Part shown: piece after piece, positions 26,830 through 36,476 of the stretch
Position numbering within the stretch: the stretch's first letter is position 1
How the letters are laid out: each line of letters starts with the position of its first letter
From: Alphaproteobacteria bacterium
GTDB taxonomy: Bacteria > Pseudomonadota > Alphaproteobacteria > UBA828
Length of the DNA: 64,000 nucleotides
Direction of reading: 5' to 3'
Assembly: GCA_965220745.1 (NCBI GenBank)
Contig: CBDCQT010000011.1
Span: forward strand, 334,985 to 398,984
Program-made: the position numbers and the translations under genes
The notes under the pieces: generated by a model
Database searches by the model: none
Told to the model about the DNA's origin: nothing
What the model saw: the letters and a program-made list of their open reading frames with translations, nothing else

Positions 26830-27792
26830 TTACGCCGCGTCTCCTGGCCTCGACGGGGTCTCCAGTGCCGTGAGAAGTGCGAGTAGCCGCGTATCGCGCT
26901 CGGCCGCGAGCGCCGGGATCGATTGGCCGTCCAGCATGTCGTCCACTGCGCGGCTCATGGTCTCGATCGCGGTCTCATCGAGGCGCGGCGTGCCGGAATC
27001 CGCCCACCAGCGTTCCAGCCCCGGCCCGAAGTGGTTGAGAGCCCCGCGCGTGCCGCCCTCGCCGCCGGCCAGGTGCATGGTGAGAAACGGCCCCATGAAG
27101 GCCCAGCGGAGCCCTGGGCCGTGGGAAACCGCCGCGTCGATATCGGCGGCGCTGGCTGCGCCCGAAAGCAGCAGATGAAAGGCCTCGCGCAGGAGCGCCG
27201 CCTGCAGCCGGTTGGCGATGTGGCCCGGCACCTCGCGCTCGACCCGGATCGCGCGCTTGCCGTGGGCGTTGTAGAAGGCGAGCGCCCAGTCGACCGTAGC
27301 CGGGTCGGTCTCGCGCCCGCCCACCACCTCGACCAGGGGGACGAGATGGGGCGGGTTGAAGGGGTGGCCGACGACGAAGCGCGGGCCGCTGCGCAGCCCC
27401 TCCTGAAGCTCGCTGATCAACAGGCCCGACGTGCTCGATGCGAGCACCGCGTCCGGCGTGAGCGCCCCGTCGATGCGCCGGTAGAGTTCGCGCTTGAGGG
27501 CCGTGTCTTCCGGCGCGTTCTCCTGCACGAAGACCGCGCCGTCCACGGCGTCCTCGGGGTCTGCGACCACACGAACTCGGCCGGGATCGGCGCCGGGCTC
27601 AAGGCCGAGCCGCTCCATCGCGGGCCAGGCTGCCTCGATGAAGGCGCGGAGGCGCTCAGCGGTGCCGGGCGCCGGATCCCAGGCCGTGACCGAGAAGCCG
27701 CGCGCCAGAAAATACGTTGCCCAGCTCGCACCGATGGTGCCGGTGCCGAGCAGCGCAATCGTGTTGACCGCCGTAGGTGCGGGCCGTGCCAT
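26830..27792 (-). CDS. 3-hydroxyacyl-CoA dehydrogenase family protein, L-carnitine dehydrogenase-like
   Basis: IALLGTGTIGASWATYFLARG NAD-binding fold, GHPFNPPHLVPLVEVV, PGHIANRL. About 320 aa, as in carnitine dehydrogenases. Confidence 0.75.
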   Translation of the reverse strand: MARPAPTAVNTIALLGTGTIGASWATYFLARGFSVTAWDPAPGTAERLRAFIEAAWPAMERLGLEPGADPGRVRVVADPEDAVDGAVFVQENAPEDTALKRELYRRIDGALTPDAVLASSTSGLLISELQEGLRSGPRFVVGHPFNPPHLVPLVEVVGGRETDPATVDWALAFYNAHGKRAIRVEREVPGHIANRLQAALLREAFHLLLSGAASAADIDAAVSHGPGLRWAFMGPFLTMHLAGGEGGTRGALNHFGPGLERWWADSGTPRLDETAIETMSRAVDDMLDGQSIPALAAERDTRLLALLTALETPSRPGDAA

Positions 27793-27937
27793 GGGAGCCT
27801 CCTTCGCCTGCCGGCGGGACGTTCACGGAGTGGTTCAGTCGAATTAAGGGCTGGGCGCTTCCGCCCGGCGCTATATATACCGATCGAGCCCGGCAATCGA
27901 GGAAACGGGGCGCGGCAGTGCGCTGCCGAGGGAGGAC

Positions 27938-28360
27938 GTGATGGCGGACAAGGTGGTGAAGACGGATGCGGAATGGCGCGCGGCGCTGACCGAGGAACAG
28001 TACTACGTCACCCGAATGGGAGGCACCGAGCGGCCTTTCACGGGTGCCTACTGCGACGAGAAGACGCCGGGCGAGTATGCCTGCGTCTGCTGCGGCGCCG
28101 CCCTCTTCAGCTCCGGCGACAAGTTCGATTCAGGCACCGGCTGGCCGAGCTTCACGAGGCCGGTCGATCCGGGGAACGTCGGCTCGGTGGAGGACATGAG
28201 CTACGGGATGCGCCGGACCGAGGTGGTGTGCAGCCGGTGCGGCGCCCATCTCGGCCACGTCTTCCCCGACGGGCCGGCGCCCACGGGCTTGCGCTACTGC
28301 ATGAACTCCGCCGCGCTCGTGCTTACACCCAAGGACGACGGCGGGGCGGGAGGGACTTAG
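27938..28360 (+). CDS. msrB: peptide-methionine (R)-S-oxide reductase
   Basis: CVCCG...GWPSF...[12 protein letters not shown]...RYCMNS, the MsrB Zn and catalytic motifs. Confidence 0.9.
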   Translation: MMADKVVKTDAEWRAALTEEQYYVTRMGGTERPFTGAYCDEKTPGEYACVCCGAALFSSGDKFDSGTGWPSFTRPVDPGNVGSVEDMSYGMRRTEVVCSRCGAHLGHVFPDGPAPTGLRYCMNSAALVLTPKDDGGAGGT

Positions 28361-28372
28361 CCAAGCCGGGAC

Positions 28373-29299
28373 TCAGGCGTCTCTCGACGACGCGGTCTCC
28401 CGCACGATTCCCCGGAAGCGCCCGAACGGCGACAGGTCGTCGGAGGAGCGCCGCGACACCATTCCGGTGCGGTGACGATACGTGCCGAACGTCACCGGCA
28501 GGGGCTTGAGTGGATGTCCGGGCAAACGCTCCAGGAAGGTCAGCGACAGCCAGGAGAGGTAGGGGCCTGCTGCCATCAGGAACAGTCCGGCGGAACCGGC
28601 GCGTGTGACGGTCTTCACCCGCTGGCCGGTTCTCTCATAGAGCTGGTCGAGGACTCCGGCCAGCGAAGGCCGACCGTTGGCGGCGTCCGCCCGCATGGGT
28701 GCATCGAAGTCGATCCACGGGTATTGGACAAGCGCGTCATCGCTCACCGTTCCGGAATGGAGCGGATGGTCCTTGTGGGCGACGATGCCCCACGTCATGT
28801 CGATGAAGCGTTCGCTCTTGAGGAACTGCGGCAAGGGTTCGTTGCTGTTGATGCCGCCGCAGTGAATGTCGCTATCGCCGTTGGCCAGGAGGCGAACACC
28901 CTCGGTCATCGGAAGGGTCTTCAGCTTGAGTTCCACGCCGGGGCAGGTCTCGTGGAACTTGGCGATCGCATCGGGAAGCACGGCCCGCATCCACATGGGG
29001 CCAGCCGTGACGCGCAAGCTGCCAGTGCGGCCCGCGAGGGTCGCGGTGATCTTCTCTTCGGCAGCTTCGATTTCGTAGAGGATATGGCGTGCCAGATCCG
29101 CGACGACGGCGCCGAGCGGCGTGAGCCGAACGCCCGTGGACATGCGGTCGAACAGCCGGCCTCCGAACTGGCGCTCGAGCCGTGCGACCACGCGCGAGAG
29201 GGCGGGTTGCGTGATGCCGAGCTTGTCGGCGGCGGAGAGGATGGCGCCTGTCTCGGCAACGGCAAGGAACTTGATCAGATCGTTGCGCTTCTCAAACAT
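28373..29299 (-). CDS. LysR family transcriptional regulator
   Basis: ATG at 29299. HTH region FLAVAETGAILSAADKLGITQPALSRVVARLE. Confidence 0.85.
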   Translation of the reverse strand: MFEKRNDLIKFLAVAETGAILSAADKLGITQPALSRVVARLERQFGGRLFDRMSTGVRLTPLGAVVADLARHILYEIEAAEEKITATLAGRTGSLRVTAGPMWMRAVLPDAIAKFHETCPGVELKLKTLPMTEGVRLLANGDSDIHCGGINSNEPLPQFLKSERFIDMTWGIVAHKDHPLHSGTVSDDALVQYPWIDFDAPMRADAANGRPSLAGVLDQLYERTGQRVKTVTRAGSAGLFLMAAGPYLSWLSLTFLERLPGHPLKPLPVTFGTYRHRTGMVSRRSSDDLSPFGRFRGIVRETASSRDA

Positions 29300-29385
29300 C
29301 TGTGGTCCGCGTCCTTCGCGAATTATCTGCACATAACTCACCTATGCATGTGGCAGCGATGGCAAAATGCGTCCAGAAAGGAATT

Positions 29386-29763
29386 CTAACACTCTCGATA
29401 AGAAGCTCTTATGAATTTGCCTGAAGTTGCGGACATCTGGTTTGGGTGTATTCGCATAATAATGATCGAGTCCTTGAATTTCTGCATCGATAATGTCAGT
29501 CGAACAAATGGCATGACGACTTGGTAGGTTGGCAAATCTGATTTGCGTGTCATTGCATAATCCATTGCAATTACGTTATTTTTGACAACGACGTTCGGAA
29601 GTGGGGAGGAGGAATTCGACAGCTTCCGTGGCCTCCCGGGATCGACCTCGTAGAAATGTTTATGGCCTTGAGCGTCAGAGATAGCTCGAGAAATATTCAT
29701 GATAACGGGCACATGGTGAGCGACTTCCGAAATCAAAACGTTGCTACTATGCACATCAGGCAT
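29386..29763 (-). CDS. orphan hypothetical ORF in an AT-rich patch
   Basis: 125-aa ORF. Sampled line 29521-29580 is 22/60 G+C. No recognisable motif, so it may not be a real gene. Confidence 0.3.
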   Translation of the reverse strand: MPDVHSSNVLISEVAHHVPVIMNISRAISDAQGHKHFYEVDPGRPRKLSNSSSPLPNVVVKNNVIAMDYAMTRKSDLPTYQVVMPFVRLTLSMQKFKDSIIIMRIHPNQMSATSGKFIRASYREC

Positions 29764-29931
29764 GTGCTTTTCTTAAGGGTGCATCCCACACATATCAACG
29801 GGGTGGTGCGCTTCTCGCCGGGCCCGCGCAAGTATCATCTTGCATTGCACGTCGCCGACTTGGTGAAGATCCGGCGGCGGAGTCTCGCGAGGGTAACCGG
29901 CAAAGAGCGGCGCGCCGCACCGCGGTGCGTT

Positions 29932-30861
29932 CTACTCCTCGTCCTGGGACGACGCACTTTGCTCCAAGAGCGAGAGACAGAGCCGTGCGATGGGTCTGAC
30001 GCGACCCTGGTCCGTGAGCGCGGCGCAAAAGTGATTGTCGCGTTCGATATAACCATCGCCGAGTGCGACCAGGGCGCCGGTTTCGAGATGCTGATCGACG
30101 AAGTTTTTCCAGCCGAGCGCGATGCCCTGCCCTTCGACGGCCGCCTCAAGCGAATAGACGTAATTGTCAAAGCTCACGAACCGAGGCGAGGGCTCGGGGC
30201 GCCCAGCGGCTTGAAACCAGTCCTCCCACGACGCCCAGTTCTCACTAGCGCTGCCAGGTTCGAGAAACGAGAGACCACTCCAGCCGCTCACGGGGCCATT
30301 CAGCGTATCCGAATGGGTTGCAGCGTATTCGGGGGCACAGACCGGCCTCACCGCTTCCGCAAAAAGCACCACTGCGCTGTCCCCTCGAATGGTGGCCTCC
30401 CAGTCCAAAACCACGTCGGGCACCGAATCGAGTGGCAGGTTCTGCGAGTAACGATGAAAAATTACGGTTTGTATTTGAGTGCGCTCGCCGAGTGCTTCGC
30501 GAAGCGCATTGTGTCGCGGTCTCAGCACGTAGTGCGACACCGGGTTAGAGCACGCGATCACCACTCGTTCGCCCGATGAGGCCTCGGCGATCTCGGAGGT
30601 GGCCTTGTCGATCATACCGAGCGCAGGGGCGACGCCTGTATGGAAGCGCCGTCCGGCTTCGGTCAGCTTCACTCCGGTTCGGGATCGTTCGAACAGCTTG
30701 GCACCATTCTTCTCTTCGAGGTTTGCGATATGGCGACTAATTGCAGGTTGCGATGTGCCCAGCTCCTTGGCCGCTCCGGCGAAACTTCCGGTCCGTGCGG
30801 CGCATTCGAAGGCGATGAGGGCCGCCGTCGGTGGAATTCGATAGGGGCTGGACTTAGCCAT
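29932..30861 (-). CDS. LysR family transcriptional regulator (GcvA-like)
   Basis: ATG at 30861. HTH region FECAARTGSFAGAAKELGTSQPAISRHIANLE. Confidence 0.85.
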   Translation of the reverse strand: MAKSSPYRIPPTAALIAFECAARTGSFAGAAKELGTSQPAISRHIANLEEKNGAKLFERSRTGVKLTEAGRRFHTGVAPALGMIDKATSEIAEASSGERVVIACSNPVSHYVLRPRHNALREALGERTQIQTVIFHRYSQNLPLDSVPDVVLDWEATIRGDSAVVLFAEAVRPVCAPEYAATHSDTLNGPVSGWSGLSFLEPGSASENWASWEDWFQAAGRPEPSPRFVSFDNYVYSLEAAVEGQGIALGWKNFVDQHLETGALVALGDGYIERDNHFCAALTDQGRVRPIARLCLSLLEQSASSQDEE

Positions 30862-31019
30862 AACGTAATTGATACAAGCATAATCCAAGAATCGCAACGC
30901 ACTTTGGGAAGGCTATGCTTGGGGAGATCAAATATATAACTAAAAATTATATACATACTCGAAGAAGAGAGCCTGTTAAAGATGCTGAAATACATAGTAA
31001 TATAACTTAAGTGAATGCA

Positions 31020-31286
31020 TCCTGCGCAGACTTCTGCACCGAGGCGATCGACATCCCTGTCCTGCCGATGCTCGCCAAGCGGCTCTTCTTCAAGTTCCAC
31101 AGCCTGTGCGACACGATGCGCCTGCCGGAGAAGCGCGCCGCCTGCTTCGCCTTCGTGCACGACGAGGTGGCCTCCGGCGCGTCGAGGCCGATCATCGACC
31201 GGACCTTCCCGCTCGAGCAGATCGCGGACGCGCCTCGCTACATGGAAACCAACACGCGGGGCGGCAAGATCGTGGTTACGACCTGA
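31020..31286 (+). pseudogene. 3-prime remnant of a zinc-type alcohol dehydrogenase / quinone oxidoreductase (MDR) gene
   Basis: Only the C-terminal ~85 residues are present: ...VASGASRPIIDRTFPLEQIADAPRYMETNTRGGKIVVTT, the typical MDR/Qor C-terminus. Coding similarity stops where the AT-rich DNA begins (about 31010). Confidence 0.6.
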
Positions 31287-31335
31287 CCTGCGCCGAGACC
31301 CTTTCTCTCACAGCGGTCGCGGCGATAAGTCTGGG

Positions 31336-31827
31336 CTAAGTCTCGAACGCCAGATCGGCGGGAGAAATCAGCACGCCGAACTGGACGCACCAGATGACGA
31401 CGCTCGGATACTCCTTCAGGTCGACACCCTTGGGGATGGGATATTTCTGGCTGCCCTCGAACGCGCGCAATTTGCCGAGGTCGATGTACATCGTCGATTT
31501 GACGTCGGAGGATTCACGGATTTCTTCGCGTGGAACGAGATAGACGTGAAACGCGGGTCCCGGCCCAACTTTGAAGTCCTCCTCAAGGAATACCAGCTCT
31601 TCATAGACCGTAACCCGCCCCTCACCGTAGTGGATCGGGTCCGAGGGATTTGCGTGAATAAACGTGCCTTGAGCGACAACCTCGGTCTGCTCTTCGGCCG
31701 TGAGAGTCTCCATCGCAGGCGGCGGCGGAAACACGTAGGGAAATATGAAGAAGCCAACGGCCACGCCGAAGGCCGTACCCAAGACGCCCCCAATGAAGAA
31801 GGCGATAATCCATTTCCGCATCGTCAC
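31336..31827 (-). CDS. DM13 domain-containing protein with N-terminal TM anchor
   Basis: GTFIHANPSDPIHYGEGRVTVY...FLEEDFKVGPGPAFHVYL...GSQKYPIPKGVDLKEYPSVVIWCVQFGVLISPA matches the DM13 pattern. Confidence 0.7.
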   Translation of the reverse strand: MTMRKWIIAFFIGGVLGTAFGVAVGFFIFPYVFPPPPAMETLTAEEQTEVVAQGTFIHANPSDPIHYGEGRVTVYEELVFLEEDFKVGPGPAFHVYLVPREEIRESSDVKSTMYIDLGKLRAFEGSQKYPIPKGVDLKEYPSVVIWCVQFGVLISPADLAFET

Positions 31828-32288
31828 CTCCTGCGGTGATCGTTGCTACGGGTTCGCCCAGTTCGGCTCGGGCATTCAGCTAGATAGGCGCGCATGGTAG
31901 GTCGTGATTGCCGAAGCATACAGGCAAGAGATCGTGCACGAATTGGTAACCGAAGATCACTCGTATAGAGAGTGGTTCTGTGCCTCTGCGCTTTCAAGGG
32001 GCGGTGTCCCGTAGGCACCCTAGTTTCTGGTTGGGTATCGGTCGCCGCCGAGGCTTCTTCGACTGGCACCCGTCACCGCCTTTCGCCTCGCGCCTCAATC
32101 GTCGCCCCGCCAATGCTGTTATGGGCATGATGGCGATGCAGCGTCGCAAGCGCGGTGTTATTATCATCTTTACCAGCTGCACCCATCCCAAGGTCCTTGT
32201 ACGACCTGCTGCGGACCGCAGCGACGAGAGCGGCGGCGACTGACCGGGCTAACCGGTTTGCTGCGCTGCGCCAGAGGGAGGACGATCA

Positions 32289-33494
32289 ATGGACAAGACC
32301 AACTCGAAATCGAATTCTGTGCCACACCAGAAGCGCCGCGTATCGCGGCGGAGCGTGCTCAAGGGCGCCGCGGCATTGACGGCCGCGGGGTTCACCTGGA
32401 AGAGCATCGGTCCTTTCGTGCGTGACGCGGAGGCGGCAACGCTGGAGCTGCGCTGGCTCGGCTGGGAGCACTACAACGTCAAGAGCCTGACCGCCGAGTT
32501 CGAGAACCGGCACGACGTCAAGGTCAGCGCCGGGTTTTTCGACGGCAATTCCGAAGCCTGGAACAAGCTGCGCGCCGGCGGCACCCAGGATTTCGACCTG
32601 GTGATGGCCGACGGATTCTGGCCGCGCCTCTATGCCAAGCAGGGTCTGGTACAGGCGGTCGACTATTCGAAGCTGGACCTGAGCAACGTCTTCGACGACT
32701 TCGTGCCGCCAAAGTTCACGTTGCTGCGTGCGGAGGACAGCGAGGACATGATCGCCGCGCCCAACTGCTGGGGCGGGTATGGCTTCACGGTCAACACCGA
32801 CAAGGTTGCGGCCGAGGATCAGGAATCGGTGAACCTTCTGTTCAACGAGAAGTACGAGGGGCATCTCTCGACCAGCGCGCGCTTCGAGGAGAACATCGCG
32901 CTGGCCGGCATCCTCGCCGCGCACAACATGGGCACGCAGGACAGCCCGCGGCCTGATGGCAAGAGCTTCAATCCTTACGTGCTGTCGGATGAGGAACTCG
33001 AAGAGTGCAAGCGCCTCCTGATCAAGCAGAAGGGGTTGCTGGTCAATCGCTGGAACGACGAGGACACGCTGGAGCGGCTGCTGCGCGCCCAGGTGGTGTG
33101 GGCGTCGCCCGAGTGGTCCGGCATCTACCGGCGCATTCACTTCGACAAGCTCGACGGCAAGTCCGATCTCAACATGCGCCACGTCCTCAAGCCCACGGAA
33201 GGCGGGCTCGGCTGGGTGGACCAGTGGTCCATTACCTCGGGCGTGACAGACAGCGAGAAGCTGGAGATCGCGCACAAGTGGATCGACTTCCGGCTCGAGC
33301 GCGAGGCCATGAAGACGGTGGCGGTCGAAATCGGCTGGGCGCCCACCGTGGACGTTCGCGACATGCTGCCGGAGCGCTACGTGGATACCCTGTTCCTGAA
33401 CGAGACCGAGTCAATCCACGGCCTCTATCAGTTTGACGCGCCCTCCTCGCCCGAGAAGTGGGAGCGCATCTGGTCGGCGGTGGAAGCGGCCTAA
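32289..33494 (+). CDS. ABC transporter substrate-binding protein (PotD/PotF-like family) with Tat-type signal
   Basis: Twin-arginine signal SRRSVLKGAAALTAAGF. 401 aa. First gene of a four-gene ABC operon. Confidence 0.85.
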   Translation: MDKTNSKSNSVPHQKRRVSRRSVLKGAAALTAAGFTWKSIGPFVRDAEAATLELRWLGWEHYNVKSLTAEFENRHDVKVSAGFFDGNSEAWNKLRAGGTQDFDLVMADGFWPRLYAKQGLVQAVDYSKLDLSNVFDDFVPPKFTLLRAEDSEDMIAAPNCWGGYGFTVNTDKVAAEDQESVNLLFNEKYEGHLSTSARFEENIALAGILAAHNMGTQDSPRPDGKSFNPYVLSDEELEECKRLLIKQKGLLVNRWNDEDTLERLLRAQVVWASPEWSGIYRRIHFDKLDGKSDLNMRHVLKPTEGGLGWVDQWSITSGVTDSEKLEIAHKWIDFRLEREAMKTVAVEIGWAPTVDVRDMLPERYVDTLFLNETESIHGLYQFDAPSSPEKWERIWSAVEAA

Positions 33495-33637
33495 CCGCAA
33501 ACTCACGACTACACGGTACAGAGGGATCGGACCCAACGGTCCGGTCCCTCTCTTGCTATGGTGGCACGTCTTGCCAGATCGCGGCGTAAGGGCGCGCGGC
33601 GCATGGCAGCGCTGATGATAGCAGGAGTCTGGGCGGG

Positions 33638-34732
33638 ATGAGCGACCAGGCGATCTTGCGCATCGAGGCGGTCGAGAAGCGCTTCGGTGCAGTTCGCGCG
33701 GTCGACGGCGTAAGCCTCGAGGTCGGCCGCCGCGAGTTCTTTGCGCTGCTGGGGCCCAGCGGTTCGGGCAAGACCACGCTGCTGCGCATCGTTTCCGGCC
33801 TGGAGGCGCCCGATCGCGGCCGGGTGGAGATCGGCGGCACCGACGTGACCAGGCTGCCGCCCTATCTGCGCCGCATCGGCATGGTGTTCCAGGACTTCCT
33901 TCTGTTCCCGCACCGCACGGTGGCGGAGAACATCACCTTCCCGCTCAAGATGCAGGGCCGGAGTGTGGCCGAGCGGCAGGAACAGCTCGACTGGATCCTC
34001 GGGTTCGTCCGCATGGAAGGGCTCGGGGACCGCTTCCCCCATCAACTCTCAGGCGGCCAGAAGCAACGCGTCGCGCTCGCGCGGGGGCTGGTCTCGCGGC
34101 CCGAGCTTCTGCTGCTCGACGAGCCGTTGGCCAACCTCGACCGCGAGCTGCGCAAGGAGATGGAAATCGAGGTGCGTCGCTACCAGGAGGAGCTCGGCAT
34201 CCCCTTCGTCTACGTGACGCACAACCAGGAAGAGGCGCTCACAATGAGCGACCGCATGGCTGTGATGCACCAGGGCGTGCTGGAGCAGATCGGACCCAAG
34301 CTGGACGTCTACAACGCGCCGGCCACGCGGTTCGTCGCCTCCTTCGTCGGCGCGCCGAACAAGCTCTCCGGGCGCGTGATCGAGGGCGAGGGCGAACGCC
34401 TCCGCATCGACTGGGACGGCATCACGCTGATCGGACGTTCCGTCGGCGACGCCCGGCCGGGCGATGCGGTGGAGATTTATCTCAAGAGTGAACGGATCGC
34501 GCTCAGCGCTTCGGCAGATGGCATCCATCACGAGAACCGGATCGAAGGGACGGTGCGCGACATCATCTTCAAGGGCCAGTTCGCCGACTACATCGTGCGC
34601 GCCGGTAACGAGGCGGAGCTGGTCGTGAGCGGGCCGCCCAGCATCGCCGGCGTCGACCGTGGCTCCCCCGTGAGCCTGGGCTGGGCGGTCGAGGCGGCCG
34701 ACGTGTTCTTGGCCGGGGACGGCGCGCCATGA
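33638..34732 (+). CDS. ABC transporter ATP-binding protein (PotA-like)
   Basis: Walker A GPSGSGKTT, LSGGQKQRVALAR, LLLDEPL, and a C-terminal TOBE-like extension. Confidence 0.9.
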   Translation: MSDQAILRIEAVEKRFGAVRAVDGVSLEVGRREFFALLGPSGSGKTTLLRIVSGLEAPDRGRVEIGGTDVTRLPPYLRRIGMVFQDFLLFPHRTVAENITFPLKMQGRSVAERQEQLDWILGFVRMEGLGDRFPHQLSGGQKQRVALARGLVSRPELLLLDEPLANLDRELRKEMEIEVRRYQEELGIPFVYVTHNQEEALTMSDRMAVMHQGVLEQIGPKLDVYNAPATRFVASFVGAPNKLSGRVIEGEGERLRIDWDGITLIGRSVGDARPGDAVEIYLKSERIALSASADGIHHENRIEGTVRDIIFKGQFADYIVRAGNEAELVVSGPPSIAGVDRGSPVSLGWAVEAADVFLAGDGAP

Positions 34733-34760
34733 CGCCCAAGGTGTCGGAGGACGGCGCGCC

Positions 34761-35642
34761 GTGAAGGGGCGTCGAGCGCTCCTGCTCGATCCACGCGTCC
34801 GCTTTGCGACGCTGGTAGGGCCCGGCGCGCTCTTCATCGTCCTCTTCCTGCTGATACCGCTGCTCTCGATCGTCGTTTTCAGTTTTTGGCGGACTGAAAG
34901 CTATGAGCTGATTTCCGACTGGAACGTAAACAACTACGAGGCGGTCCTGGGCGAATGGATCTACCTCAAGTTCCTGCTGAAATCGCTCGCCATGGCTGCC
35001 GCGGTCTCCGCTATCTGCCTCGTTTATGCCTGGCCCTGTGCGTACCTGATTGCCAAGCACGGCGGCCGCTACAAGCTGGTCCTCGTGCTCCTCACAGCAG
35101 CCCCGTTCCTGACGGGAATCCTGCTACGAATTACCGCGATGCAGCAGATCTTGGGGCCAATCGGGCTGGTCAACATGGCGCTGATGGAGTTGGGTGCGCA
35201 GCCGATCCAGGTGCTGATGTACACCAACATCGCCAGCGCAGTGGGTCTGATTTATCTCTGGATCCCCTTCATGCTGCTGGCGATCTACCTCTCCCTCTTC
35301 AACTTCAACTTCGAGCTGCTGGAAGTGGCGAAGGTGAACGGCGCAAGACCGTGGCGGGCGTTCTTCGAGGTGACGTGGCCGCTCAACTGGATGGGAACTG
35401 CGATCGGGATCGTGCTGGTCTTCATTCCCACCTTCGCCGCGTCCGTGACGCCGCGCTTCCTGGGCGGGCCCGACGGCTCAATGTTCGTCAACCGCCTCGA
35501 ACATCAATTCGGATCTGCCGGCACGTGGGCGCTCGGCTCGGCCATGGGGGTGGTGATGTGCGTGGCCTCGCTCGCCGTCATCTTCGTGTTGTGGCGCACG
35601 GTCCGGCTGCGCCGGGCGGGATTCACGGGCGCGGGGGCCTGA
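34761..35642 (+). CDS. ABC transporter permease
   Basis: 293-aa polytopic protein. EAA loop LEVAKVNGARPWRAFFEVTWP. GTG start after GGAGGA. Confidence 0.85.
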   Translation: MKGRRALLLDPRVRFATLVGPGALFIVLFLLIPLLSIVVFSFWRTESYELISDWNVNNYEAVLGEWIYLKFLLKSLAMAAAVSAICLVYAWPCAYLIAKHGGRYKLVLVLLTAAPFLTGILLRITAMQQILGPIGLVNMALMELGAQPIQVLMYTNIASAVGLIYLWIPFMLLAIYLSLFNFNFELLEVAKVNGARPWRAFFEVTWPLNWMGTAIGIVLVFIPTFAASVTPRFLGGPDGSMFVNRLEHQFGSAGTWALGSAMGVVMCVASLAVIFVLWRTVRLRRAGFTGAGA

Positions 35643-35643
35643 C

Positions 35644-36462
35644 ATGGCCGCGGTGAATCCAGGCGCGCGCTTCGTGATCGGCGGCCAGACCGCGATGCTG
35701 CTGGCGCTCTACCTGTTCCTCTACTTCCCCATCTTCTACATCGGCTATCTCTCGATCATGGAGAACAACGTGTGGCCCTTCCCGCCGGTCTTCACCGGGG
35801 AGTGGTACGACCGTCTCATGATCATGAGCGACTTTCACGTGGGCCTCTTGAACAGCGTGCTCATCGGTGTCGGCACGGCCTCGCTTTCCACGCTGTTCGC
35901 CACAGCCGCCGCGATCGGAATCCTGCGCTATCCGATCCGGCGCCGAGGGGTGATCGTCGTCCTGTTTCTCGCGCCGCTCTTCGTCGCCCAGATCCTGATC
36001 GGGATCTCGACCTTGATGTTCAACCGCAACGTGCTCGGGATTCCCGGCAACATCGAATCAGCGATCGTGGCCAACACGGCCTACAGCGTGTCGTTCGCGT
36101 TTCTCGTGATCCTGGCGCAGCTGGTGCGCTACGACTGGCGCTTCGACGAAGTCGCGCAGGTGTTCGGCGCGCGGCCGTTTCGTACCTTTCGGGAAGTCAC
36201 GTTCCCCAACATCTGGCCGGCCGTGCTCGGCGCCTTCATCATCAGCTTCATTCTCGGCTTCAACAACTTCGAGATCACCTTCTACAACGTGGCCGCCATC
36301 CCGACGCTCCCCACCATCGCCTGGGGAACGCTGCGCCACGGAATCGAGCCGGAGCTTTACGCGCTGGCGACCATCGTCAATGCGCTGGTGTTCCTTCTCC
36401 TTTTCATCATCTATCTGCTGATCCGCGTCGGCGCGCTCCGTCTCGGCGTGCCCGACGACTGA
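35644..36462 (+). CDS. ABC transporter permease
   Basis: 272-aa polytopic protein. EAA loop DEVAQVFGARPFRTFREVTFP. Start is 2 nt after the previous stop. Confidence 0.85.
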   Translation: MAAVNPGARFVIGGQTAMLLALYLFLYFPIFYIGYLSIMENNVWPFPPVFTGEWYDRLMIMSDFHVGLLNSVLIGVGTASLSTLFATAAAIGILRYPIRRRGVIVVLFLAPLFVAQILIGISTLMFNRNVLGIPGNIESAIVANTAYSVSFAFLVILAQLVRYDWRFDEVAQVFGARPFRTFREVTFPNIWPAVLGAFIISFILGFNNFEITFYNVAAIPTLPTIAWGTLRHGIEPELYALATIVNALVFLLLFIIYLLIRVGALRLGVPDD

Positions 36463-36476
36463 GACTCGTGGCCGGC

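Noticed and set aside
31828-32288. 460-bp lower-GC gap upstream of the PotD-like ABC operon, as a possible riboswitch or gene remnant
   Set aside because: No conserved riboswitch core that I can recognise. Six-frame translations show no family motif. Possibly a degraded remnant, but unsupported.
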